A stretch of DNA of 64,000 nt from Phoronis australis. Taxonomy: Eukaryota > Animalia > Phoronida. Shown here one piece after another: positions 27,834 to 40,988 of this stretch (positions within the stretch are counted from its first letter, which is position 1; each line of letters begins with the position of its first letter). The notes under the pieces were generated by a model, which was not told where the DNA came from, searched no databases, and worked only from the letters and a program-made list of their open reading frames with translations. The translations under genes and the position numbers were made by a program. The stretch lies in assembly GCA_002633005.1 (NCBI GenBank), contig NMRA01000263.1, positions 265,389-329,388 of the forward strand, written 5' to 3'.

Positions 27834-29834
27834 AATATGGTGTGGATTTTTATTATTTCACAATTTCAAAATATTTGTTCATTCCACAGAAGCGCCGCCA
27901 AACACTGACATTCTTATAGACCCTCGCTTTCCCGCCCCCGCAGGAACCCTAAACATTTATCATTGAAATGTTTTCATTAATTATTCCGTCACGGTGTTTA
28001 TTCGTATTTTAAAGATTTTCAGTATACATTGGTCCACGCAAAAAATAAATGGAATACAATCACCCATCGTTGCTATGACAATCGCTCAAAGAAGAGTCTT
28101 ATTTGCCCATTGTCGTAAATTGGCGCCGTAGAAAAATGCAGAACTTATTAAAAGCCCAAGTGATCTATCACCCGCCACAAGGACTCGGCCAACACTTGTA
28201 GCGGGTACACATCAATCTCGTGATGTCAAAGTAAATTGCCAGTACGGGTTCCCTGAAAGAAAAGTACAATGGGCACTTCACAAAAATTAATACGTTTTGC
28301 ATTTCTGGTGAACCTACTCAAAAGTACTCTAGGGCATAAACCATATTGACGGAAATTACACGTATACATTGACGAAAGATACTTTATCAGTGTAATAATT
28401 ACGGTACCTTTGGTTTCAATAGATTTCACAGTCTTAATTAGTATGTAAGTTTGTTATGTTTAGTCTTACTAATTGAAACTTATTGTATTTTGACCTGGAA
28501 GCATGTTCACTTGACATAAATCAACAATGTGGTGATGATTAATTTAACATTGGCACTTAGATAAATATCCAACCGTAAGTCTGTGATTTAAGACTTTGAT
28601 ATTTTGTTTTCATAAATTTCCTAAACACTAGCTGAAAAGATTCATTATACGTCGATACGTTTAATGCACCAGTAAAATTGGCCGAAGCAAATACAATACA
28701 ATACAATGCAATAAAAATCATAAATTATCACTCAGTCTTCTTCTAATACGCATCCGCTTGTTTGCACACAGTGGAACCTATCTACTCTGTGCAGCGCACT
28801 CTGCGCTGGAAGACCCGCTTTTTGCAACCGTTATTAATTATTCTTATTGTGCGCGTTCGTGAGAATAGTGCACGTGTTTTGCGACGGCTTCGTCAGCACA
28901 CTTTAAACACAAATATGTGTATAATATGGTAAACTTTTGAAAGCACGGTGTCTCGCTACTGTAGGTGTTCATGACAGCGGGACGATTTTTAAATCCGTTA
29001 AAATTTTAATTTTACAAGGACATTAACGGATCTCTTGCCGAAAAAAAAACGTATTTTGAGGATTATTGTTAGATGCAAGAGTTCTTGAAGTTATTAGCTT
29101 TGACCAGAGTTATAAAAAAGCATCCGCTGCGTTTTTTGTAATTTTACTGCAAATTGCCAGTTCTCGTCGTTGTTTACCAGACATTCGCTTAAGAATACCC
29201 ATGCCACTTATTGCCGGTGTGGGATTAGCTCTGTCAGCAGAGAGTTGGACTGAAACCGCTGAAGTCGGTTATGGATTCAATTCTGCGTTTGAAACTCACT
29301 TTTCTCACCGATAATATCAGTAAGGGACTAGCAAAACGTTCAGTTGGAACTATACAACGTGCATGATTCCACTGGCATTAGCAATCGCGGAACAATTTCA
29401 CCAGAAATGGACAATTGCAAGGTACATGACGAGAATTGGGCAAGAAAAGAAAAGAAAAGAACTACAGGACCATGAATTCCGAAAAAAGGCGCCCAAATTT
29501 TTATCGAAAGAGCGGGCAGAACGCGTGCGCATTTTTGGTCTCCTTTTATGTACCAGGTTTCATCTCAGATACCATGGAAAATGCACGCGTTCAAAAGACC
29601 AAATACCGCTAAATTCTTAAGAAAAGGTGTTTCATGCTGTATTTGGGATACTCAAAAATAAAGCGACTGGGGTCTATAATGGTAAATTGTCGTTGAATGT
29701 ATTTTTTCGGTTTCTATCTGCTATCGAAGAAGCGCCTCGAGCTCATTTTATGACTTGTACCTATTCTTAATTTTGCGTAAAATCCTACATAACGCATTCA
29801 AGGAGATTCATAGTAAAAAGAATCAATGCTTTAC

Positions 29835-30232
29835 ATGATCAATAATCAATATACTACACGATCAATAATCAGTACACTACACGATCAATAATCGGTACAC
29901 TACACGATCAATAATCGGTACACTACACGATCAGTAATCGGTACACTACACGATCAATAATCGGTACACTACACGATCAACAATCGGTACACTACACGAT
30001 CAATAATCGGTACACTACACGATCAATAATCGGTACACTACACGATCAATAATCGGCACACTACACGATCAGTAATCGGCACACTACACGATCAATAATC
30101 GGCACACTACACGATCAATAATCGGCACACTACACGATCAATAATCGGCACACTACACGATCAATAATCGGTACACTACACGATCAATAATCAGTACGCT
30201 ACATGACCAATCATCAATAAACTACATGATCA
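29835..30232. repeat. Minisatellite, 22/23-bp unit ACGATCAATAATCGG(T)ACACTAC x ~16
   Basis: Read directly; the edge copies are degenerate. Confidence 0.95.
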
Positions 30233-30765
30233 TGATACCAAATGACGTTGGTATGGCAAAGCCAATGTTTGTGAACTAATCGAACACTTTCACACACACC
30301 GGCAGCAATCCTCTCGCGATCTACACACGTAGCGGCAGCAATCCTCTCGCGATCTACACATGCAAGGCACCCTCCTGCTTATTTTAATATTTAATTAGTG
30401 ATCGCATCTACATGCAATAAAAGTAACGAAATCAAGCGCTGGACTAGAAGCGCCACGTGAAGACTGGTGGTTCAACGGCCGAGAAAATCGAAGGTCATTG
30501 CCTTGCAGATTTTTGTGAAAACAAAAGAAAAGGAAAATAAATTCACGTACGAAAATTGAAGAATTTTCTATGAAGAAGCTCCGAACAATTGTTGTCGAGT
30601 TGTCCGAGATAAATTCATAAAATTCGTGTGATTCTGTCCAATTTTGTAGTTTTTTATCCATCCTTTCTTGATGCTGATTGTGTCATCCGAAGTCACTACA
30701 TAAATTCTTCCAAGATTCAGAAAATATAAACTAATATAAATAACATGAATTCAACTGTCTTCCAG

Positions 30766-31094
30766 AAAACTAGAGGGACCGTTAGACAGCCACGTGACAC
30801 CAAAACTAGCGAGATCGTTAGACAGCCACGTGACACCAAAACTAGTGAGACCGTTAGACAGCTACGTTACACCAAAACTAGTGAGACCGTTAGGCAGCTA
30901 CCTGTCCCCAAAACTAGTGAGACCGTTAGACAACTACGTGGCACCAAAACTAGTTAGACCGTTTGACAGTTACGTGACACCAAAACTAGTGAGACCGTTA
31001 GACAGTTACGTGATGCCAAAACGAGTGAGACCGTGAGACAGCTACCTGATACCAAAACTAGGTAGACCGTCAGACAGCTAAGTGACACCAAAAT
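30766..31094. repeat. Minisatellite, 36-bp unit AAAACTAGTGAGACCGTTAGACAGCTACGTGACACC x9
   Basis: Read directly. Confidence 0.95.
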
Positions 31095-31444
31095 CAGTTT
31101 CACCGAAGTTTCATAAGTGAAGGCTAGGCGCATGTGTCTATTTACAAAAGATTCGTGCAATAATAATGTCTAGAAAAACACATTATCAGAAGTGTAAGAA
31201 ATACTCGTGTTTATGTGTATTTTATGCTCTTTGATATAGCTTGCTGCAGTCTTTAAAATTATGTTACATGTACAGTGGACCCATATCATTTTACTTCTAT
31301 TTCAATGAGAAAAGGAAATATTTTCCAACGGTACCTGCATGTCTTCAGCAACGGTCCAAGTCACTTGTATCACCGAGGTTTTCAGTGCCCGTATGTGTGA
31401 AGTTAAGCGAAAAGCCGGCTCACATGTCCATTATTTAAGAAATT

Positions 31445-31612
31445 GATAGCAAAGCATAAATACACAATACAAGGCTGATGTAACAATTTCAGGTGTTTTC
31501 AAGGGACATTATCGACGAATAAAGCATCTTTTAGACCAGTCCAGCGAGGAATCGAACCTAAAACTGTAGCGCAGCAACCAAAAGCTCTGCTGGCAGAGCC
31601 AAAGCCCTGGCT
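31445..31612 (-). mobile_element. tRNA-derived SINE-like relic
   Basis: An A-box-like TGGCTCTGCCAG and a perfect B-box GGTTCGATTCC at tRNA-like spacing, followed by a non-tRNA body. It does not fold into a cloverleaf. Confidence 0.5.
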
Positions 31613-33275
31613 GCAGTGTATTTTAAGTGCAAAGTCACTGGCATTGCTTTCAGGAAATGTCAAGCCGACAACAACTAGAACTAGCATTTTTACTAACATC
31701 ACAAATCACAAAGAATTTTATTGTTTTGTATCATTCTCTGGTCAAAGCTAATAACTCCAAAAAGAATACATTTGCTTGAAAGTCAAAAAACTATGTGTAA
31801 GACAGTATCGATGGAAAATATGATTGAGTTTTATTGCGAGAAGCTGTGCAGTTTTATATACCGGTCTCATATGAGTGGAAATAAGTTGCCATTGCGACAT
31901 TCCTTGCAACCCTGGCAGTGGCTAGTTCGGCATTGTTAGTAGAGGCACGTTCGGTTTATTGTTGAACGCATTATTTTGAGTGCTTCATAAACGTGTAATT
32001 ATTCAATATTTCAATAAATTGTCTCAAGTTCACGGAACACGTGTACGCACATGTACACGCACGATGCATGCGCCATACGGGTGCAAAACACACATACCAG
32101 TCTTGCGGGTGCAAAAACATACATACCAGTCACTTTTCTTTTGTTCTGACTCTAACTAGTGTTGAAAGTACTACCCTAGGCGTACAAGCGTGAAATTACG
32201 AGTCATTTATTGCATTCAAGTAAAGAAATCTGTGGACCGAAGTTATTCTGGAGGTTGACTAAACTTGCCCCGTCATGGGAGCAAATTTGGCCTTTTGGAC
32301 TTGATGACTTCGAATGCACATCGCACTTTTGTAATAGCTCATCAGGAGCACATCCCCGAAAGACTCCCTGGAAATTCTCACATGTCTAAGTTTTCAAGCG
32401 TGAAGCTGAGACATTTTGTGAGAAATTGTAATTTTCGAAAATAAGTCTGAAATAGCCCCAATCTCCCCAACGCAAACGATTCGTTATGCAGCCAATTTGA
32501 TATTTTGAGCATTCGGCTGCGTATTAGATTATAACATAATATATTACAAACCTGTGCCCCTTTAAGGCATGTGACGGTTGACGTTATCTGTTACAGATGC
32601 TCACATGGTCTCAATTAAATTAAGTATTGAATAGAAAAATGAAAAGAATGGAAAAAAACTGAGCAGAAATTAGGCAACAGTCACTCATAAGGGGCCCCGG
32701 ATTTTTAGTCCAGCGTAATGCCCATTATTCAGGGAAATGCGCTACTCCTGAAAGCGGCAAAGAGCTGGGTTCCGTCCTAACTTAGATCATTTAGCGATAT
32801 GTGCCAGTGGCGGCNNNNNNNNNNNNNNNNNNNNNNNNNNNNNNNNNNNNNNNNNNNNNNNNNNNNNNNNNNNNNNNNNNNNNNNNNNNNNNNNNNNNNN
32901 NNNNNNNNNNNNNNNNNNNNNNNNNNNNNNNNNNNNNNNNNNNNNNNNNNNNNNNNNNNNNNNNNNNNNNNNNNNNNNNNNNNNNNNNNNNNNNNNNNNN
33001 NNNNNNNNNNNNNNNNNNNNNNNNNNNNNNNNNNNNNNNNNNNNNNNNNNNNNNNNNNNNNNNNNNNNNNNNNNNNNNNNNNNNNNNNNNNNNNNNNNNN
33101 NNNNNNNNNNNNNNNNNNNNNNNNNNNNNNNNNNNNNNNNNNNNNNNNNNNNNNNNNNNNNNNNNNNNNNNNNNNNNNNNNNNNNNNNNNNNNNNNNNNN
33201 NNNNNNNNNNNNNNNNNNNNNNNNNNNNNNNNNNNNNNNNNNNNNNNNNNNNNNNNNNNNNNNNNNNNNNNNNNN

Positions 33276-33382
33276 TGTGTATAAAGGTACCGTAGTGGTC
33301 CGGTAGCCACGTGTGTAAAGGTACCGTAGTGGTCCGGTAGCCACGTGTGTATAATGGTACCGTAGTGGTCCGGTAGCCAGGT
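33276..33382. repeat. Minisatellite (~32-34-bp unit, GGTACCGTAGTGGTCCGGTAGCCAC) running into the gap 32815-33275
   Basis: Three copies are visible next to the N-run. Confidence 0.85.
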
Positions 33383-35314
33383 GTAAGGTGCACAAAAACA
33401 CTTTTTAGAAAAAAGGCAATTTTAAATCTAAAACCTAACCCTTTCAAGTTGGATGTGATCTATTTGTTGGTCCAGCTTTTATGTTATTTCCTTTCGTACC
33501 ATAACGCGGGGTCGACGTGACATGATGCTTATTTTGTATGGATTTAAACGTTGTAAAATGCTTATTTTGCAAACATTAAAACTGAGTACACAGCCATTCT
33601 AGTTATGTAGCTTATGTATTCTTGTTATACAAGACTGACCTGATCACTGTGCTAAGTATTAGTCAATGAAACAAAAAACTTTTTTGATGGGTAGAGCTCC
33701 GACCCCTCCCGTGTGACTTAAGCCTAATGTTCTTTGACCCGCGGGCTGCGCTAAGCACGGTATGATCTACAAGTATCCCTGAGTGTGAAAAGCACTCACT
33801 CACTCAGTGACTCACTAGCATTTGAGTTTATTGCCGACTTCATGACGCATGATCACGGCAAATTCAATTCCTTCCGTTCATTCCCGGTTGCCACCATTTC
33901 TTCGCTGCCCGGCCTCCGTCGCTCTCCTTGGCCCATAATCTTAATCCCCCTGGCGGTGACACCAATTAGTCTAGTTGCCAAAAAGTTGACCCTGCAATGT
34001 TATTTACTGTAAAGTTTTCTTTTGGAAATTTATTATACGTGGCTAGGAGAATAAAATTAACTTGGTTGCACTTAGTGCAACTTTGAGCATTTTTTATAAT
34101 TCAAGATGGCGGCTTCCGGCATTGTCACCCTTCCTCAGACTGTCGTATTTGTCGATGGGCTGTAGGGAGTGGACTCAATAAGTTCACACTGAAAGATATC
34201 AGCTATGTTAATGTTAAATTGCTGTCTTATGACTAACAGGCAAGTGAGCAGCGTCGTAACGCAATGACCTTCCCTCGACAGTACAGACTTCTTCAGCAAC
34301 TCCAGTATTTTGACTTTTTCTTAAATCGCTTTGTAATATTAACTGCTCACCAAAACTAAAAAACTGACTGCTCTGCTCATGCCCAATGACCAGCTCGTTC
34401 TGTAATTTACTCGGCGATTGCAGATGTTATAGTTATATGATTGATGGTCAGTGAGCAATCTTTCTTTAGTCTTCCTCGTCCAGGTCCTCTCCTCCCTTCT
34501 TGTACTTAAGTTTTTACCTGTCACTCCACTACATGATGTTTGCTCTTCACCACCTTTGTTCCACATTACTTATGTTCTCCATGGCAGTATCAAGGTGGGT
34601 ACACCAACTGAAACTCTATATCCCACATGTCCTCTTAATTGTTCGGCTCTCATTAAAATGCCCCTTATGGTCCCAGAACCTTTTACACGTTTGATATACA
34701 GTATTCCTGTTCTCCGAATTGGTCAGCTGGTACTACAGTCTTGTCATCCAAGTGTTGACAGCTGTGCGCAGCTTCGAGTAGAGCTTTTTTGACTATTCGA
34801 TAGGTGCTCCACACCCAGCAAACTTCAATGTAAACTTCGGAAAGAACTCTGTCAAGCTGCTAAACTTGGTATAAACTTCTTGCCAGAAATGTTTGGCACC
34901 TTAGTCGAACACTTATCGCATGTTTGTGTAACTTTTGTCGTAGTTTAGGTTGACGTTAGTGCACCTGGCCGTTTATTGTTTATTTATGAATAAACTTGCG
35001 TGTAAATTGTGAAAATTAAGACAACGTACATGGATGCGCTATCATATTCTAGTCGAAAAGAATTTCCACGTTTATGGTGACCTGCTGTAAAGAAATATAT
35101 CAACATCTCCTTGAGACGGGGTTGCTGGAGGAAGAAGCTAAGGCAGAAACATTATAGACAGCAGTGTTGACTGGGTGGTTATTGACCGTCTCCAGGTAAA
35201 CCATCAGCTCTACATAAGACTTGGTCGCATTTGAGTAGAAATTGAGTAACAACATGGCTGTGATGAGACTGCATACCTACAGTGCACCGGTTCTAGCCTT
35301 TCCGTTGACTATAC

Positions 35315-35970
35315 TGGAGTGTAACAGGTTCCTACTCCGATGGCCCACCTCTCCGAAAAAAAAGCTACTCCGAAGGTCTACTACTCCAAAAAAAACACCG
35401 TTACTTCAACTTTTTTTACTCGACCTTCCTAAAGTTTCTCAAAATTTCACGAATGGTTTATTAACTTGTTACTTACTAACAAAATACCCACACAAAAAAT
35501 AAATTTGGACAATGAAGTCCAATGATTTGTTTCTGCCATTATTACTGTCTTTGTAGTTAACACCTCTTGTATCTTATCTTTGAAGTTCGCTTGACTGACT
35601 TATTTCACATGCACGCACCCAGGGGGGATCGGGGGAGGGCTCATTTGACCGTAATGGGCAGAAAGATCCGCCCCAAAACAACAAAACGTCCGAGAAAACG
35701 AGACAAAAGTCCACTAAAAAGACGCGAACGTACAATTCATAGCCCTGATCGTGATATCCCGTTTTTTCAGTCCCATGTTTTTTGTTTGTAAAAGGTAGAC
35801 ATTGCCAAGAATTTGAGCTCCCCATATGGGTGGGCGCATGTATTAGTGTTATAGAATGAAACAAATGTGTTCATATTTGGAGGAGGCGTGGGTTTCTTCG
35901 GAGCAGTGTTTTCTTTTCGGAGTAGAGGTTTTTCGGAGTAGTGTTTTGTGGAGTAATAGGCAGTAACCTT
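35315..35970. mobile_element. MITE with subterminal CTACTCCGAA repeats, nested in the Academ-like element
   Basis: Reiterated CTACTCCGA(A) at 35332-35390 and its complement TTCGGAGTAG at 35897-35960. Exact ends were not resolved. Confidence 0.55.
35608..35840 (+). mobile_element. MITE, CATGCGCGCACCC-TIR family (innermost member of a triple nest)
   Basis: CATGCACGCACCC / GGGTGGGCGCATG; core GAGAAAACGAGACAAAAGTCCACT. Confidence 0.75.
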
Positions 35971-37467
35971 ACTGGACGCACCTGCACTGAGCGTATGAGC
36001 ATTTCCATGCCATATGCTTTCTCTATTGTGCCAATACAACCCTCATGAAACTTGTGAGCAAAATGTTTGGCACACTATAGTACATGTACGTAATAGTGAG
36101 CATTTTGAAAACATATCTTGAAGAGGTTAACGGAGAAAATGAAAAATAATGAGATAAGAAACTAAATGTCAGAAGACTGCGAAGCAGTTTTGACCCCGTA
36201 TTAATAAAATAACTCCAGAAATGGACTTCCCATCCTAGAAAATGGTATAAACAATGTATTACATGTCCCTGTTAGTTATCAAATTAAAAAACTTAAGTGG
36301 GTCGAAATTCAAAATGGCGGAATCCTCCATCTTGAATTGCAAAAAAATCCTCAAAGTTGCACTAAGTGCAACCAAGCTAATTTTGTTCTCCTTATCATAT
36401 TTAACATATTTCAACAAAAACTTTACAGTAATCAACATTGCAGGGTTCACTATGGGGGCTATTGGGCTGGCAACTAGACTAAATCCCAACCTTATTATGT
36501 CCCCGATCGCGCCCATTCGCCCAGCATCCGAGTTTCCGCGCCTCACTAACTTGTTCACAATTCTCGGCAATCCCAAAAAGTGTAAAAATTACGTAATAGC
36601 GTGACGTCCAAAGAGCGGAACGCCGGATTGACGGTTGATTTACGGATATGACCAGGTTAATATCCTGGTAATGCATTCTTGATATGACTAAACGGTTTCA
36701 CAACAATACGTAAGTGACCAACCAGATCGCCAACTGCCGCCATCCGACGGTTTCATTGGCGAGACACTTATTGCAGTCAGTCGCCGTCACGAAAAAACAC
36801 TTCCGGTTGACACATGATTCGAACCAGATCCTTTCCGTTATTACCATGCACCTCCGCAAGTTTCACGACCAGCCACAATGAGGACTTAACTGTAGACTGC
36901 AGTGCTTCTAAGATATTTCGAATTCCATTGATCGTTTTAGCCCCCCCCCCTCCATCACACCCATGCCTATTAAAGACCAGTGTTAGATGCGCGGACGGGG
37001 AGGCCCGTCAGTTGTTCGTACCACACCGCAACAGTGGCAAGGGATCATCGACGTGAACTTCATTAACTTTCTATCGCTAATTTTCCTGGTCATTCTACCG
37101 TGATAGCGTTTTCACAAACTAGAATATAAAGAAGCCTAAAGTGACTACTTACGCTTTCTGAATAATTGAATGGTTATTTGCTGGTAAAATGCCACTTTTC
37201 TGTCTCCACACTGCAAAAAGAGACCCCTTCTGGCAATGGAGGGACAAGGGAGTCTTTTGCAGCTCCCCTTTTCTATGTTTTTAAATTGTTTTGCATATCA
37301 TAAAAATTAGGAACCTGAAGGAGAGGAGCCTTGATAATTCCACCGATTACTCACCATCCTTATTAGAGGCCTTATATATTCAGACGGAATCTTTTCTTGA
37401 AGGGGCGGATCGAGCCAGTGGCTTCTTTCACAGAAATTCTAACTATCGCGAAAAGATGCAGAAAAAA

Positions 37468-37789
37468 ATTCAAATTGGCCGAGAGAACTACAGAACATGT
37501 TCATGTGAAACTGTAGCACTAAGACACGTGATTCAAATTAGCCGAGAGAACTACAGAACATGTTCATGTGAAACTGTAGCACTAAGACACGTGATTCAAA
37601 TTAGCCGAGAGAACTACAGAACATGTTCATGTGAAACTGTAGCACTAAGACACGTGATTCAAATTAGCCGAGAGAACTACAGAACATGTTCATGTGAAAC
37701 TGTAGCACTAAGACACGTGATTCAAATTAGCCGAGAGAACTACAGAACATGTTCATGTGAAACTTTAGCACTAAGACAAGTGATTCAAA
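37468..37789. repeat. Near-perfect 63-bp tandem repeat x5
   Basis: Units start at 37468, 37531, 37594, 37657 and 37720, with a partial unit at 37783. Confidence 0.97.
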
Positions 37790-38337
37790 CAACTGAAACT
37801 GAGTGATTATATTTAAAAGAGAACATTGCCGCTACATAAAGATTGAGGTTTGAATCACTTGAAGACCGTTATTTATGAATAACACAATAAAAATATCCGA
37901 GATGGTTTTATAATGATGAAAATACAGATAACTTTTTCCAAAGAATTACAAAAATAGCATTTCTTTTGAGGACCATTATTAGAAAAGAATGAGGGAGTCG
38001 TTCCTAAGAAACTTGCACAAGTCGACCAGATTGTCGAATGTATGTTTTTCTTCATGCATTGTGGAAACCTAACATGTATCCGACTGGCAATTGTAAACAA
38101 ACGTTTCTGCGAGATCTGAATTGAAATTTAATTCGTAAAGGCACTCCACTTCATTTTAGTTAAAAATTTAATAAAACAGATTTTGACACAAGACAGTTCA
38201 GTCGAAACTCTTAAAAGCCCTTGTAATGCTCATTCAACACATCTCCAAATGTTTTGAAACCCGTCCAAATTTAATATGAATTTTTTAGTTTGATTTATAT
38301 TTTGGTGTGAACTTCCACCTACTAAAATTGCCGTCCT

Positions 38338-40988
38338 GTGAATAAGAATGTAACTAAGCTACTAAGCACCAATAACGCTATTTTCAAGGAACAATCCGCT
38401 ATCATCTCGGAGATCACTTCTTTATATAAAAATTTATACTCCTGTAAAGACGGCGACCTTGTTGTTGTTAATTTAAATGAACTTTTGGCATCGTGCCCAA
38501 TGCCTAAATTGAACCAGTCTAACAGAGTCGAACTTGAAAAAATTATGACTTTGGAGTAAATTCATGCAACTCTGAAAGATTTAAAAAACAACAAAAGTCC
38601 TGGCCCGGATGGTTTCACAGTAGAATTTTAAATTTTTTTTTTGGCCAGAGTAGTATTTGTTCCGATCTTTTGAAGAAGGTATCAATAAAGGAGAACTATC
38701 TACAACTCAAAAACAGGGTATTATCTCAATAATACCAAAAAAAATAAACCAAGAGAATTCATCAAAAATTGGCGTCCGATTTCAATATTGAATATTACTT
38801 ACTAAATTTTGTCTGGTTGTATTGCAAGACGCCTAAAAAGCGTCCTCGGACCCCTTATTCACGAGAACCAACAAGATTTCATGAAAGGCAGATATATTGG
38901 GGAAAACATAATAAGAATTTTATATGATGTAATTCAATTCTTAGACTGTAAACCTTTTCCCGGACTCCTCTTAATGATCGATTTTGTAAAAGCTTTCGAC
39001 TCGGTTTCCTGGTCTTTCATCCTCAAGGCATTATCATACTTTAGCTTTGGCCCAAGATTCATTGACACGGTTAAAACACTCTACAACAAATCTTGTCTTT
39101 GTGTTCTCCAACATGGAATGATTTTTCTCTGAATTTTTTGAAATGGGGAGAGGCTGTCGTCAAGGAGACCCTGTTTCTCCTTACCTTTTTGTATCATGTG
39201 TAGAAATATTGGGTAATTTAATTCGTCGGGATGGTGGCATCACTGGGATCAGGATAGGTGTTTCTGAGTTTAAATTGATCCAGTACGCAGACGACACTTG
39301 ATTAATTTTAGACGGTTCTGAGTTATCTCTTAAATCATCTTTGAATTTAATTGAACAATTTGCGAAATTTTTTGGTTTGAAGCCAAACATCCAGAAAACA
39401 AGATGTGTTTGGATTGGTTCAAAAAAGACCCTGGCGAAAAACTTTGTGTCAATGAGAACCTGTTATGGACCAACAAACCTTTCATGTTTTTGAGAATCAA
39501 CTTCTCCACTGATTATAATGCAATGCCGGGTATTAACTAAAGTTGCAGACTTTTGGAAATTAAGAAAATAATGAGCTCTTGGTCAAGAAGAATTCTCACT
39601 GTTTTAGGTTAAATAACCGTGGTTAAGACACTTTTATTGCCCAAGATTTTTCATTTGCTTCAATCTCTGTCTAGCCCCTCCATTGATATTATTCAAGAAT
39701 TAGAGCGAGTTTTCTTTGACTTCATTTGGAATGGGAAGAATGACAGAGTTAGCCGAAATGAAATTGTACAAAATCAGGATCATAGTGGTTTAAAAATGGT
39801 TCATGTTAGTCTTTGAAAATATCGTGGCTTCGTAAACTATTCACCTCAAATACCATACTTGACCTTGCAGAGGCAGTTTTGGGTTGTAAAGTCGATAACT
39901 TTTTTAAAATGGGAGACGCTTTTCTTAAAAAAATAGCTGAAGGAACCGAAAATCTGTTCCGGAAGGAAGTTTTAAGCGATGCTGTGCTCCTGTTTCAAAT
40001 GTGTGATAAAAATGAAAATATTATTTACTCTCCCTGTGGTATAATTCAAAGATTAAACTTGGTAGAAAATCTATTTTCTACAAGTCCTGGTATGAAAGGG
40101 GAGTCTATCGTGTGTGTGATTTGTTTAATGCTGAAGGTTCTTTTATGTCATACGAACAACTCTGTAATAGTTATAACTTTCAACCTCCAGTACTAGAATT
40201 CTATGGATTAAGAGGAGCAACCTTTGCATCGTACAGGGGTATTAAGAATTGACAAGACAATATCTTTTTACCAAATTTTCCAATTTATATTTATAAAATT
40301 TTACATAATAAATCACAAGAGGTACATATTTATGACTCCTTAGTACAGTCATTTCAGACAGCTTGTAAAAAAAACAAGTGGTCATATGAGATGAGATAGA
40401 TATAAACGGTGTTATAAACAATGTAAATTTTAGTGACTCTGATACATGGTGGAGAAAAGTAAATATACTCCCCTTCAATTGTACAAAAGATACAAAATTG
40501 CGGTGGTTTCAATACCGCTTAATTTACAGAATATTACCAATAATTATTTACATAAAATTAAAGTAAAAACAAGTGATCTATGCTCTTTCTGAGGTGAACA
40601 CAGTGAAACTTTTCTCCATCTCTTTTGGGCATGTCGTCTTGTCTCCGGTTTCTGGCTCCTGTTTGCTGAGTGGATAAAACGAACATTTCATGTAAATTTT
40701 CATGTGGACAAGATAGCATTCTTTTTGGTATTTCGGAAACATTCAGTCGGAAAATTGTAACATTAATCTGTTGATCATGCTAGCAAAAATTACATATTTA
40801 ACCAAAAGTTTGTTAAAAAAATCTTAATTTCCAATTGTTCATTAACTTTATTAAATTACTTCCTGAAGGAAATACGGTACTTGTTGACTAATGCTTTAAT
40901 GTTAATCTTTTTAAACGATGTATACTGTATTGTTTTATGTGACAAGTAATTATCATGCTAGAGCAAAATAAAAGTATGAAAAAAAAGA
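38338..40988 (+). mobile_element. 5'-truncated, inactivated L1/Tx1-clade non-LTR retrotransposon (ORF2 reverse transcriptase pseudogene)
   Basis: RT motifs lie across broken frames: KSPGPDGFT, NWRPISILN, LIHENQxxFMKGRYIGENI, IDFVKAFDSVSW, GCRQGDPVSPYLF, QYADDT and a C-terminal ETFLHLFWAC zinc-knuckle relic. There are many stops and frameshifts. It ends in AATAAA plus an A-rich tail, with an imperfect 14-bp TSD AAAATTGCCGTCCT (38324-38337) / AAAAATGCCGCCCT (40989-41002). Confidence 0.93.

Larger units (their letters stand above)
33967..36481. mobile_element. Non-autonomous Academ-like DNA transposon with long imperfect TIRs
   Basis: Termini are TAGTCTAGTTGCCA / TGGCAACTAGACTA. Inverted arms of ~150-170 bp (33967-34123 vs 36311-36481) include TTGGTTGCACTTAGTGCAACTTTGAG and TTCAAGATGG. 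A 3-bp TSD AAT is present on both sides. TAG termini with a 3-bp TSD fit Academ. No intact transposase. Confidence 0.75.

Noticed and set aside
36254-36604. Overlapping 116-aa and 105-aa ORFs
   Set aside because: They span the right TIR of the Academ-like element and resemble no protein I recognise.
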